NCBI GenBank assembly: GCA_951406725.2
Contig: OX597838.1
Coordinates: 36,208,001 to 36,272,000, forward strand
Source: Octopus vulgaris
Taxonomy: Eukaryota
Direction of reading: 5' to 3'
Length of the DNA stretch: 64,000 bases
Shown here: one piece after another, positions 41,991 to 55,399 of the stretch
How positions within the stretch are numbered: the first letter of the stretch is position 1
How the letters are laid out: each line of letters begins with the position of its first letter
The notes under the pieces: model-generated
The model's database searches: none
Told to the model about the DNA's origin: nothing
Seen by the model: only the letters and a program-made list of their open reading frames with translations
Program-made: the position numbers and the translations under genes

Positions 41991-42182
41991 TATATTATAG
42001 TGGGGTTTAGGCTTATGGCATATCTTCAGACCCCAAACACTGCTGGCTTGAGACCTCTTTAAAATATGGAGGGGTAAAAACCTCGTTTTTAAGGTGATTA
42101 TGTCCCTTCGCCATTGTCCATCAATCTTTTGCTACATTGCCATCTATCTATCTATCCATCCATCCATTCATTCATTCATTCC

Positions 42183-42492
<310 letters not shown>

Positions 42493-42595
42493 ATATTAGG
42501 GAATATAATTCCAAACTTAGAGGGAAAAATTCAATTTAGTAGTACTAAATCAAATTTCACAATATAAAATATATATAGAGAGTTTTTGTCTAATT

Positions 42596-42637
<42 letters not shown>

Positions 42638-42771
42638 GTTGAGTTGTGGGGTATCGCACGAGTGGGATTATATAAGAAAAAGGTTTGAAAATGCAATTTA
42701 AACGATGTTTATTTACTTAACCGGTTTCACTCTTTGGTAAAAGATTGTCAAAAGTTACATTTAAGGAAACA

Positions 42772-43000
42772 TTGAATAATATGGGTTCAAAAAAAGTTTT
42801 TTACATAATTGTCACATTGAATATTATGCATTCAAAAAAGTTTTTTACATAATTGTCACATTGGATATTATGGGTTCAAAAAAAGTTTTTTACATAATTG
42901 TCACATTGAATATTATGCATTCAAAAAAGTTTTTTACATAATTGTCACATTGGATATTATGAATTCAAAAATGTTTTTTTATACATAATTGTCACATTAT
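42772..43000. repeat. ~44-bp tandem repeat x5
   Basis: TCAAAAAAGTTTTTTACATAATTGTCACATTGRATATTATG, alternating variants. Confidence 0.9.
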
Positions 43001-43583
43001 TTGGGAAAATTTGGCAGAAAAGGATAAAACAAATATATTATTGGGAATTGGTTGCGTTAATTATTGGTTGTCGCAAATTGTCACATTACATGTATATATA
43101 TACAATCTTTGGTATATATATACAGCGTTTTGACAGCAAAAATTAAAATGGATTTTTTGTACATCTCAGAATATTTTAAGTATGTTTTTACTGACCTGTC
43201 AGTATTAGCAGAAAGGCTGAACTGAGAGAACAGAAGAAGTAGCCAATGTGGTGTATACTTCCCCTTTATGCATGAATGATTTTGGGGTTATCAGGAGGTT
43301 AGTATGCGGGTGTGAATAGATGTGTCAGTGCCTGCTGGTCAGACAGCGTCTGTTTGTCACACACATATATATACACACAAACACACACACACACGTATTT
43401 AAGGTGATTATGTCACACACACATAGTATACAAACACACACCACATACAAACAACACACACACACACAGAACACACACATCCATTCATTCACGCACCCAC
43501 ATATATCACATATACACACAGCACACAAATATAACATGTATCTATATATAACATACACAGATATATAACACACATACACACAC

Positions 43584-43631
<48 letters not shown>

Positions 43632-43953
43632 TACATACATAATATAAATATCACACAAATACACCTAGCATATATATACACACATACAATACACACATAC
43701 AGCATGTAAGTAATATACATACACAATATATGCATGCAATATACATACGCAATACATACATATAATATATATATATATAGACAATGTATATACATATATA
43801 CACATATACATATAAATAGTGTTTACATACACATACATAGATGTACCACATATACACACAACACACATACATACAATGCATACACATACACGTACGCATA
43901 CATATAATATATATATACACACACACACACATAACATACATACACACACAATG

Positions 43954-44002
<49 letters not shown>

Positions 44003-44170
44003 CAGTGCTTTACAAACTTTTTGCTGGAGCAGAACCCCAAGGAAACATTCCACTGGCTCGAGGAACCCCTGTGCAATAATTTAATAGTCTTATGCACACA
44101 AATCTGCACAGGAGAATTAAAAATTACTGCCGATTTTAGCAGTTTTATAACTTCTTGCGGAACCCCTGGA
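44003..44170 (+). mobile_element. hAT (Charlie-like) terminal fragment
   Basis: CAGTGCTTTACAAACT terminus with subterminal GAACCCC repeats; no second TIR. Confidence 0.55.
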
Positions 44171-44677
44171 CGGTACCCATTTTCTGTGTTTGGAATGCTC
44201 TTAGAGCCCAGTCACTCCATCACTTGCACATTACAACCATCTAAGTAATATGCACATAGAATGGTGCATTACTCCTCATGCAAAATTCTCAGGTCATGCA
44301 CTAATTGCAACTGTAGTGTTGTGATGCCCCCATGTCCTGTATATTCTCACAGCACTAAGTTTTTGAGATTATTGTGGAGGACTTGAAATTCTTCCATGTT
44401 TTTAGCATTGAACTCATCATGGCATCGATGACATGATCAGTTCTGATTAAAAGCCAAATAATGTGTATCTTTTGGCTTGTTTGACATTCTAAAGGTGAAT
44501 TGCTATTGACAGCTTTAACGAAGCATCTACTTTCTTTTATTTGGATGGGGTTTCATGTCCTGTATTTGAGAGGATTTAAGTAGGTAAATCTTGATGACTG
44601 CTGTATTTATATCTACAATACACACACACACACACAGACACACACACACACACACGCGCATATATATATATATATAA

Positions 44678-44860
44678 AGTTAATCCAAACAAGAAAGCAG
44701 AAAAAAACACAACGCGAGGATGTGGAACAAATATAATATTATTGGACACTCAGGAAAGAAGGAAAGAAGGGTTTAACGTTTCGAGCGGAGCTCTTTGTCA
44801 GAAACATGGGAGAAGGAAAGATCCAGAGAAGGGACACAGAGGAAAAAAAATAGCTAACAG
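44678..44860 (-). mobile_element. Penelope-like family H element
   Basis: Reverse complement of 15055-15245; hammerhead-like 44771-44805. Confidence 0.65.
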
Positions 44861-45065
44861 TACACATGAGGTCACGTTTTGAAATACATATATATATATA
44901 TATATATATACACATACACACACAAAATATGGGGATTTAATTCACGGGTGATTTAAGCGATTAGGTGCACTAGGTAAGTGCTGTAACGGATTACAAGGGC
45001 TCCAAGATTATAGCCGAGACGATGGTTATGAAGCCACTGCAGATTTCCGATGCAGCGGATGATGT

Positions 45066-45215
45066 ATAATTGCTAAAAAAGACAGTAAAAACATTAAGAC
45101 AAGGCAAACATCTTAAGTCGTATACAATATTATTATTTCTTCCTATAATAATATTGCATACGACTTGAGATATTTGCCTTGCCTTAATGTTTTTTCTGTC
45201 TTCTTTAGCAATTAT
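45066..45215. repeat. Long hairpin (~71-bp arms, short loop)
   Basis: ATAATTGCTAAA...CAATATTATTAT / ATAATAATATTG...TTTAGCAATTAT. Confidence 0.85.
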
Positions 45216-45242
45216 CATCAACACCATCATCATCATCATCAT

Positions 45243-45285
<43 letters not shown>

Positions 45286-45371
45286 TTTTAGAGACAAAAC
45301 CACTATTTTGCAAAACAAACAAGGAAAGACTTAATCAATACATAAAATTTTATAAATAGTCAATAAAACCG

Positions 45372-45414
45372 CCACTACAATTGTTTCTTGTCTTGATCGA
45401 CATTCTTCAGGTGG
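45372..45414 (-). ncRNA. Minimal type I hammerhead ribozyme motif
   Basis: CCAC-CTGAAGA-A-TGTC gatcaa GACA-A-GAAA-CAATTG-TA-GTGG; palindromic stem III. Confidence 0.7.
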
Positions 45415-45529
45415 ACTTCAATAAGTCAGTTTCATCATCATATTGTCGATATATATATATATATATATATATATTTTATATATATATATATATTTTTTCC
45501 CTGTAAATTTGGATTTATTCAATATTTAT

Positions 45530-45584
<55 letters not shown>

Positions 45585-45737
45585 AACATATACATATATA
45601 TATAGTGTAAGCGTAGATGTGTGGTAAGAAGTTTACTGTTTAACCATGTGGTTTTAGATTCAGTTCCAATGTGGAACACCTTAGGCAAGTGGCTTCCTAT
45701 AATAGATCTAGGCCAATCAAAGCCTTGCGAGTGGATA

Positions 45738-46146
45738 TACTCTTTTACTCTTTTACTTGTTTCAGTCATTTGACCAAGGCCATGCTGGAGCACTGCCTTT
45801 AATCGAGCAACTTGACCCCGGGACTTATTCTTTGTAAGCCCAGTACTTATTCTATCGGTCTCTTTCGCTGAACTGCTAAGTGACGGGGACATAAACACAC
45901 CAGCACCGGTTGTCATGCAATGCTAGGGGGACAAACACAGACACACAAACACACACACATACATATATATATACATATATACGACGGGCTTCTTTCAGTT
46001 TCCGTCTACCAAATCCACTCACAAGGCTTTGGTCGGCCCGAGGCTATAGTAGAAGACACTTGCTCAAGGTGCCACGCAGTGGGACTGAACCCGGAACCAT
46101 GTGGTTGGTAAACAAGCTACTTACCACACATCCACTATTGCACCTA
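45738..46146 (-). mobile_element. SINE A inserted in an older plus-strand copy
   Basis: Family match. Confidence 0.9.
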
Positions 46147-46579
46147 TATGGTGGTTGAAAATCAAAAAAGGCCTTGTCATATGTATCTATCTGCATGTGT
46201 GTGTGTGTGTTTGTGTGTGTGTGCATGTGTGTGTTTGTGTACATGTGTATGCATCACTGTCTCCTTGTAACGACCTTGTCCGATAGCTGTAGATGAGTGT
46301 CCCCATCATGCAAGCGGTGCTTTTGCTTCCAGTCTTCCACGAAAACATGTCTGGTCATGGGGAAATATTACCTAACTTGAATACAGGTGAGACTTGGTGA
46401 CAAGATGGGCATCTGGCTGTAGGAAATATATCTCACCAAATGCTCCCTGACCCATGCAAGCATGGAAAAACTGTACATGAAGACAAGAGTGTTGTGGTAT
46501 GTTTGATAATTATTCCATTTCAATGCAGTCAGTCTCAAAGCTTTATATTATGAAATGTTTCATGTATGGTAAGAATGTC

Positions 46580-47460
46580 TCAGGCGGAAAAAAATTGTTG
46601 GTCAGGTTTTACTGGCAATGACTAACCAACAGGGGACCCAAGGGGTAGACCACAAGCAAGATGGTTGGATAATGTCCACGAGTTTACTTATTCTCACTTG
46701 GGAATCCAGCTGGATTAATCAGAGAGGGTTACTTCTTATTTCTTTATTGCCCACAAGAGGCTAAACATAGAGGGGACAAACAAGGACAGACAAAGAGATT
46801 AAGTCAATTACATCGACCCCAGTGTGTAACTGGTACTTAGTTTATCGACCCCAAAAGGCAAAGTCAACCATGGCAGAATTTGAACTCAGAATGTAGCGGC
46901 AGACAAAATACCTATTTCTTTATTACCCACAAGGGGCTAAACACAGAGGAGGACAAACAAGGACAAACATAGGTATTAAGTCGATTACATCGACCCCAGT
47001 GTGTAACTGGTACTTAATTTATCGACCCCAAAAGGATGAAAGGCAAAGTCGACCTTGGCAGAATTTGAACTCAGAACGTAGCGGCAGACAAAATACCGCT
47101 AAGCATTTTGCCCGGTGTGCTAACATTTCTTATTTCTTTATTGCCCACAAGGGGCTAAACATAGAGGGGACAAACAAGGACAGACAAAGAGATTAAGTCG
47201 ATTACTTCGACCCCAGTGCGTAACTGGTACTTAATTTATCGACCCCAAAAGGATGAAAGGCAAAGTCGACCTTGGCAGAATTTGAACTCAGAATGTAGCG
47301 GCAGACAAAATACCGCTAAGCATTTTGCCCGGTATGCTAACGTTTCTGCCAGCTTGCTGCCTGAGAGGGTTACTTCTGACAGGACTCAATAGAAGGGATA
47401 ATTATGGACTCTTCTCTGTGTGACCCTCTTGTGTGAATAAGTGGGCGAGGAAGATGATAT
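46580..47460 (+). mobile_element. Degenerate RTE-clade LINE 3' end, split by SINE B trimer
   Basis: GRPQARWLDNV...RVTSDRTQ*K motif (cf. RGRPxxRWxD...DRxxW). Confidence 0.55.
46737..47362 (-). mobile_element. SINE B head-to-tail trimer with single 15-bp TSD
   Basis: GAGAGGGTTACTTCT at 46722-46736 and 47363-47377. Confidence 0.9.
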
Positions 47461-47754
47461 GAAAAGAAGACAAGAAGGCAAAGCCGACCTTAGGGATTAA
47501 TGGTCTTGGGTTGAGCTGTTGCTGTTGGAGCTGAACTTAGTTCACAAAGAGACATAACTCAACACTAAAGCCTATTTCATCTGGCCCTTTACTGATTCTC
47601 CAACTCTAATAGTAATTATACAATCTATTCTGTTTAATTGCATAGCTTTAGTGATTGAAATTCCCACACAATTAAGCAAGTCTGCATAGAAAGCATTAAA
47701 TTAGAAGTTTGCGTTATATTTTCACTAGCAAGATATCGTGGCTGTATTACATAT

Positions 47755-47976
47755 ACTCTTTACTCTTTTACTCTTTTATTTGTTTCAGTCATGTGACTGT
47801 GGCCATGCTGGAGCACCGCCTTTAGTCGAGCAACTCGACCTCATGACTTATTCTTTGTAAGCCTAGTACTTATTTTATCGGTTTCTTTTTTTTTGCCGAA
47901 CCGCTAAGTTACAGGGACGTAAACACACCAGCATCGGTTGTCAAGCGATGTTGGGGGGACAGACACAGATACACAA

Positions 47977-48033
<57 letters not shown>

Positions 48034-48197
48034 TACAACGGGCTTCTTTCAGTTTCCATCTACCAAATCCACTCACAAGGCTTTGGTTGGCCCAAGGCTA
48101 TAGTTGAAGATACTTACCCAAGGTGCCGCGCAGTGGGACTGAACCCGGAACCATGTGGTTCGTAAGCAAGCTACTTACCACACAGCCACTCCTACAC
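47755..48197 (-). mobile_element. SINE A
   Basis: Family match. Confidence 0.9.
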
Positions 48198-48689
48198 ATG
48201 TACAGATTATGTAATAAGACAAGATCAAAATTGTTTTATTTTGTGTTTTTGTGATATATTTATTTTCTACCCAGTCCAAGGTGTTGTTTTAAAAATATTT
48301 GTCCCCAGATAGGCATGGCTGGACAGCATTTGAAGCTCGCGGGGAAAGCCAGTGCTGTGTGACCCTTTCATCTTCGTTCTTGTCATCTTCAATTGATGTC
48401 CACTTTTCCATGCTTGCATGGATCAAATGGAATTCGTTAAGGGCAGATTTTCTACGGCTGGATGGCCTTGCTGTCACCAACTCTCGTCTGTAAGCAAGGC
48501 AGGGCAATATTTCCCAGTGGCCAGACAGATGTGTTTTTCTTAGAAGACTGGAAATGAATGACGTCAATTGTATAAAAAGAGATGCATGTTTGCAACCATC
48601 ACGTAATCTAATGACAAGGGTGCACAGAAAGACACACAGACAGACACACAGTGACACATGCACATGCATGCACACAGAGTCCAGGGTTT

Positions 48690-49085
48690 CTTTTATCTTT
48701 TACTTGTTTCAGTCATTATACTGTGGCCATGTTGGAGCACTGCCTTGAAGAATTTTCATCAAACTAATCAACCCCGGTACTTATTTTTCTCTATAAGCCT
48801 CCTATTTATTTTATCAGTCTCTTTTGCTGAAGCACTAAGTTACAGGGACATAAACACACCAACATCGGTTGTCATGCAGTGGTGGGGGACAAACACAGGC
48901 ACAAAGACAAACACACACACACACACATACAATAGGTTTCTTTCAGTTTCGGTCTACCAAATCCTCTCACAAGGCTTTGCTTGACCTGGGGCTGTAGTTG
49001 AAGACACTTGCCCACGGTGCCACACATGGGAAGTGAACCTGGGACCATATGGTTTGGAATCAAACTTCTTACCACACAGCCAAAC
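48690..49085 (-). mobile_element. SINE A (diverged)
   Basis: Family match. Confidence 0.8.
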
Positions 49086-49177
49086 TGAAGCATATTAGTC
49101 AAATTACAAAATTATCTGATTTTCTCATTTTATTTTTGTATTTTTACAATTTTACAGCATTACATATTGCAATAGTC

Positions 49178-49570
49178 TTTTCTACTCTAGGCACAAGGCC
49201 TGAAATTTTGAGGTTTGGTGGGGAGGGGGCAGTCGATTAGATTGACCCCAGTACACAACTGGTTCTTAATTTATCAACCCCTAAAGGACGAAAGGCAAAG
49301 TCGACCTCAGTGGAATTTGAACTCAGAACATAAAGACAGACAAAATACCTATTTCTTTACTACCCACAAGGGGCTAAACACTGAGAGGACAAACAGTGAC
49401 AGACAAATGGATTAAGTCGATTATATCCACCCCAGTGCGTAACTGGTACTTATTTAATTGACCCCGAAAGGATGAAAGGCAAAGTCGACCTCGGTGGAAT
49501 TTGAACTCAAAACGTAGCGCAGACCAAGTACCGCCAAGCATTTTGCCCGGCATGCTAATGTTTCACTGCC
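49178..49570 (-). mobile_element. SINE B dimer
   Basis: Same architecture and junction as 1508-1906. Confidence 0.85.
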
Positions 49571-50581
49571 TCATTATATATTACAATAATAATAATATTA
49601 CAAATGCTCTTAAATTTTAATGAAGCAACAAAGTAAAATATCTAATCTTGCAAAGAAAAGCAGCATATTTTCTTGTTGTTCACAATCTTCAGGTAAACAT
49701 TTATGTAGCAGAAGCATTAACAAACAGTTGATGTGCTTCATATTTGATAACTGTTGTGAAACATCCAAAGTTTTCCTTTAAATCATAACAGTTTGTTGAA
49801 CACTGTCATACAGTTGACATTGATCATGCTTATCCATAGAAATATTTTAAGTGATCAAAAGACATTTCACATTAATAATACTGTCAAATTACTAAAGTGC
49901 TTTGAGTAAAATTAAATTCAAATCAATATTGATGCTCTTCTTTTTATTATTATTTTCCATTCAGAAAGTGTTTAAGCTTCTCAGTAAAATTCTTGTCTAT
50001 TTTTCTTTTAACTTTGCTTCAGTTGTAAAGTTTTTAAAGTGGGAATATTAAAACCATTTTCTTACTACATGTTTCTAAATGATTATTTAATGGGATCTGA
50101 TGGACGTTTCTGTCCCAGATTTGCTGCTGTTGTATTCATATACATTCTAATAATGAATTTCCAGTCTGGCCAATATATACATTTTCTTCACAACTCGGGC
50201 TTTTGATAGACTTGATCAGATTTTTGCTTTTACAGTTTATATTTGCATTTGAAATTAATCCTTGTCTGGTTTTTGTTGATATTCTAATCAGTATGTACCA
50301 TATAATTTACCAATTATCATTACATTTGGAACACAAGTCCAGAATATCAAACCTTTTGCAGTGAAACAATCTGTGTTCGCAAAATACTTTTAATGTCACC
50401 AAATCAAACTTGCCTATTGCCAGACAAAGTAATGAACTAAAATGATCTAATTAGTGATTGTACAATTGCTCAAAGTAAAAAGTGACCAAAATAATTCTTC
50501 AAGTAATTGTTGATAAAAGCAAAATTTGACTCAAACAAAAGTGATAAAACATTGATGGAATCCACTTCACAACCAATAATA

Positions 50582-50616
<35 letters not shown>

Positions 50617-50617
50617 T

Positions 50618-51851
50618 ATAGGACTTTTACAACTAGCAATAACAATGAAGATTGCTACAATTGGCCTAGACACCTACCTGAAAAACTCTGAGGACTGGAT
50701 GTTAAAACTTGTCTCAAAACATGAAAACAAGAAAGTATCATACTCAGTAACAAAACAGGCAAAGGAATATCTAAGTGAATTCCGAATACAACAAATTTCG
50801 GAATTAGAATTAGACATACAAGAAACAGGCACAGAAAAAGCTAAGCGCATGAAAACCCGTGCTAAATCTGCGGCCTTAGATATTCTGAATGATAAATGGC
50901 AAGAAAAATCTCTCTATGGCAAATACCCAAAGAAAGCAAATAATGCAGATGTTGACAAAACCCTGAGCCATCAATGGCTAATGGCCTCTGGCTTAAAGTC
51001 TGAAACAGAAGGGTTTATCATAACAGCTCAAGATCAATGCCTACCAACAAGGAACTACCAGGTCAACATATTAAAGAATGGCAGTAGCCCAACATGTCGT
51101 GTATGTCAACAACAAAATGAAACCATTGATCATGTTGTCTTCAAGTGCAGTCTTCTAGCGCCTACAGAATATCTCAACAGGCATGATAGAGCTGCACATT
51201 ATATTCACTGGGTAATTTGCAAAAACCTGGATTTGCCCCATGAAAAAAACTGGTGGGAACACAAACCACCTCCAGTGCTTGAAAAGGACCACATCTCACT
51301 CCTCTGGAACTTCACCATTCAAACTGACAGAAAGATAGATGCAAATAGGCCAGACATCATATTCAGACAAAGAACATGCCTCCTCATTGATATGACTGTC
51401 CCAATCGATATAAACGTATCTGTCAAGACCTACCAAAAACTGAGCAAATATAAACATCTTGAAATAGAAATCAGCAAAATGTGGAACCTGAAGACTAAAA
51501 CAATATCTGTCGTCATAGGTGCCCTGGGAATGATAGCAAAAGGGACTGATTGCTACCTAACTCAGATACCAGGAAACCCCAAAATGGCAGAAATTCAAAA
51601 GATAGTGCTCATGGGAACTGCTCATATCCTACGCAAAATACTTCCTATGTAATCTCAAGTTTTAAAACAAACATAATTCTCGTATGTTGTTTTTTGTTTT
51701 TAGACATTCACTAGTACAACACTAAATACAAAACCAAATATATGGCACACTAGGCATAACAACAACATGAACTTCCAACCTGTTGTCTCTTGAGGTCTCT
51801 GGGTGAGACTTGGAGCCAACTTGTACAAATATAAAACAAAAGTCAAAAATA

Positions 51852-51852
<1 letters not shown>
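50618..51852 (+). mobile_element. 5'-truncated R4/Dong-clade non-LTR retrotransposon (CCHC knuckle + restriction-like endonuclease, 3' UTR)
   Basis: Open frame to stop 51652: LKSETEGFIITAQDQ, CRVC-x8-H-x4-C, RHD, RPDII, LLIDMTVP, KLSKY, VVIGALG; no RT core; (TAA)n on both sides. Confidence 0.9.
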
Positions 51853-51903
<51 letters not shown>

Positions 51904-52631
51904 TGCCCTGATGCAGTACCAGGCAGTGGCTCTCATGGCTTCTGATCTTAACTGATTGGAAGTGTTATCATGTAAATTGTTTTGTCTTGGTATAAAAGAT
52001 GGGCTACAGCAAATATTCTGCTCAATACCACAGATTTGCTTGTCAGTTGTTTGACCTTAACCATTTGAGCATGTCCCTTAGTGGCTGACGATATGTGCAT
52101 CTCTGATCACGAGCAGAAGTAGTTGGGGAGCATCATAGCCATGTGTTGAGAGGGATTCTTTGGGGGTTGAATGGTTCACCTTTGGAAACATGAGTGTTTT
52201 GTTCAACATCTTTAAACAACCCTTATTCAGGGACTTTTTCAGCGGGATGTGTTACACTTAGATAGATACTATTCACTCTTGCCATTTTTGCACCTTTCAC
52301 CCACCTTTCAATAAACCCACTCGGGGACAGCACTTCGCTTTTTTTACAAGTGAAACTTGAAGTAGTCAGTGAGAGTTCTACGAAAGAAGAATGTATCTGT
52401 CCTCATTCTTTTCAGCCTTGTCCACCAAACAACCTCTTTCACTACAACCATCAGGCAAAAGAAAACTGCTTGCCTACCTGATTGAAGGAGGGTGGCAGTG
52501 CTATCATCACTACAGACTCAGCTGACAGACGGATCCATCCCACATATGGCAGCAGCTGTTCGACATAACCCTGCAAGTCAGCAATGCCCAGACACTGAAT
52601 GAGAGAATGCAGAACAGTTTCATTATTGATA

Positions 52632-53130
52632 ACTCTCTCTTTACTCTTTTACTTATTTCAGTCATATGACTGCGGCCATGCTGGAGCACCGCCATGATGG
52701 ACTGTGAAGTCTGGCGTAGCATGGTAAATTCCATTGTCTTGACCATGGTCGAACAATGATGATGATGATGGAGCACTGCGTTTAATCGAGCAACTCGACC
52801 CTGGGACTTATTCTTTTGTAAGTCCAGTACTTATTCTATCGGTCTCTTTTGCCAAACTGCTGAGTGACGGGGACATAAACACACCAGCATCGGTTGTCAA
52901 GCAATGTTGTGGGGACAAACACAGACACACAAACACACACATGCATATATATATATATATATACATATATACGATGGGCTTCTTTCAGTTTCCGTCTACC
53001 AAATCCACTCACAAGGCTTTGGTCGGCCCAAGGTTATAGTAGACGACACTTGCCCAAGGTGCCACGCAGTGGGACTGAACCCGGAACCATGTGGTTGGTA
53101 AACAAGCTACTTACCACACAGCCACTCCTG
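52632..53130 (-). mobile_element. SINE A carrying a short RTE insertion
   Basis: Family match, interrupted at 52694-52768. Confidence 0.9.
52694..52768 (+). mobile_element. RTE LINE extreme 3' end with TSD
   Basis: MMDCEVWRSMVNSIV...(TGA)n tail; TGGAGCACYGC duplicated at 52682 and 52769. Confidence 0.7.
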
Positions 53131-53599
53131 TTTCTAATTTAAGCAAAAGGTCAGCAAATTCAAGCTACATGATTGGTTCTTTATTGTACAGAACCCGAGA
53201 GGACGAAGGGCAAAGTCAGCCTAGGCAGGGGTTTTGAATTCCGAATGTAAAAAGTCACAACGAATACTGCGAGACCTAAAAAATGCAGTTCTTTCATATA
53301 GTCAATTATAGCCATCCCCATCTCTTGACTGCTAAGTCTTATCTTTCCTGAATAAGGATAAATTTCAAAGGGTGGGCATCTGTGGAAATTGAACTCAGAA
53401 CCTGAGAAGGAAAAGGGAAAGGCCATGGGACATCTTGTTTGGCGCTTTACCAATTCTGACATTTAATTACAACAAAGGCAATGATAGTGATGCCTCATAT
53501 ACATATTTATATGTGCGTACTAATGAACATGCATATATACATGAGCATGCATATATACACACGCACAAAAACACTCTGTCCTTTCTTTGTCCAACTCAT

Positions 53600-53950
53600 T
53601 CTCTCATGCCCTCTCTCTCCCTCTCTCTCCTACTCTCTCTCTCTCCTTCTCTCCTACTCTCTCTCTCCTTCTCTCTCTCTCCTCTCTCTCTCCTTCTCTC
53701 TCTCTCTCCTTCTCTCTCTCTCTCTCTCCTACTCTCTCCCTCTCCTACTCTCTCTCTTTCCTACTCTCTCCCTCTCCTACTCTCTCTCTCTCCTTCTCTC
53801 TCTCTCCTACTCTCTCTCTCTCCTACTCTCTCTCTCTCTCCTACTCTCTCTCTCTCCTACTCTCTCTCTCTCCTACTCTCTCTCTCTCCTACTCTCTCTC
53901 TCTCTCTCCTCCCTCTCCTATGCTCTCTCTCTCCTTCTCTCTCTCTCATT
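53600..53950. repeat. (CT)n tract with CCTACT interruptions
   Basis: Direct inspection. Confidence 0.95.
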
Positions 53951-54011
53951 CTCCGTCCACACTCATACCTTTCTATCTTCCTCTATAACAACAACAATAA
54001 CAACTAAAAGT

Positions 54012-54173
54012 TGCGCAGGAGTGGCTGTGTGGTAAGTAGCTTGTCTACCAACCACATGATTCCGGGTTCAATCCCACTACGTGGCACCTTGGGCAAGTGT
54101 CTTCTACTATAGCCTTGTGCCAACCAAAGCCTTGTGAGTGGATTTGGTTGACAGAAACTGAAAGAAGCCCATC

Positions 54174-54227
<54 letters not shown>

Positions 54228-54311
54228 TTGTATTTCTGTTTGTCCCCCCAGCTTTGCTTGACTAAAGGCAGTGCTCTAGCATGGCCGCAGTCAAATGACT
54301 GAGTAAAAGAG
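54012..54311 (+). mobile_element. SINE A with internal deletion
   Basis: GCTTGAC joined to TAAAGGC. Confidence 0.85.
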
Positions 54312-54957
54312 TTGTTGTTGTTATAACTGTTATTTTATAGCCCTAGGTCAGCTCTGATGGAGTAGACTTATGATCAAAGGCAATCCAACCAGTACCATCC
54401 TGTCTTTAGTGGAGAGAGCTGTGAAATCTATTATCATTCAAAATCTCCTGTTTTTCATGATTTTAAGTTGTCAGTGAAGGGAAGTTTGGCTGCTATTTCT
54501 AGCAGATCGATTGAGTACTGTTAGGTTTAGGTGCTCTAATTACTTCTGTTGTTATTGTTGCTGTTGTTGTTATTGTTGCTGTTGTTATTTACATAAAAAT
54601 CACCCTTGATAGAGCAGATCAGTGATTAGTGATATTTCAGTGTTGACCATCTCATCTTTTAACCAGACATGGGCTATTTTTTGGATCACAGTACTTTCTT
54701 AGAATGGCATCATCTTAGAGAAATTTAGCTGCTATTTCAAGCAACAACCACATAAGAGTTCCCTCGTCCTGATCATTTCATTTATTTTTATTCAGACATA
54801 TGTCATTTTTTGGATTACATTACCCAAGGTCCTTTCCTTTCGTTAGGGTGGTGTGATCTCAGAGTGATTTGACTGTTATTTCTAGCACATTGAGGAACCA
54901 CATAAAAGTTCCCTTGCTCTGATCATCCCAATTTTTATTTTATTCAGACATAAAAAA

Positions 54958-55189
54958 AGGTGGCGAGCTGGCACAAACGTCAGCACGCCGGGCGAGATGC
55001 GTAGCCATATTTCGTCTGCTGTTACGTTCTGAGTTCAAATTCCGCCGAGGTCGACTTTGCCTTTCATCCTTTCGGGGTCGATAAATAAAATACCAGTTTC
55101 ACACTGGGGTCGATGTAATCAACTTAATCCTTTTGTCTGTCCTTGTTTGTCCCCTCTATGTTTAGCCCCTTGTGGGCAATAAAGAAATA
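54958..55189 (+). mobile_element. SINE B with ~18-bp TSD
   Basis: TATTTTATTCAGACATAA on both sides. Confidence 0.9.
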
Positions 55190-55399
55190 TATTTTATTCA
55201 GACATAAGTCCTTTTTCAGGTCACATTATCCAAAGTCCTTTCCTTTCTTTAGGGTGATATGAGTTAATCCTTTAGCATTTAATCCAGCCACATCAGGCCC
55301 AAATACTCTATCTGTTTCATCTTCAAACTGACCAGATCTGTCTTCTCACACATACCCTACAATGTCATTCTAAAACTACACAATCACATATATGTAAGT

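Noticed and set aside
50507-50617. N-terminus of the 381-aa ORF as a host gene
   Set aside because: TTG start and poly-Ile come from flanking DNA and (TAA)n; homology begins at ~50618.
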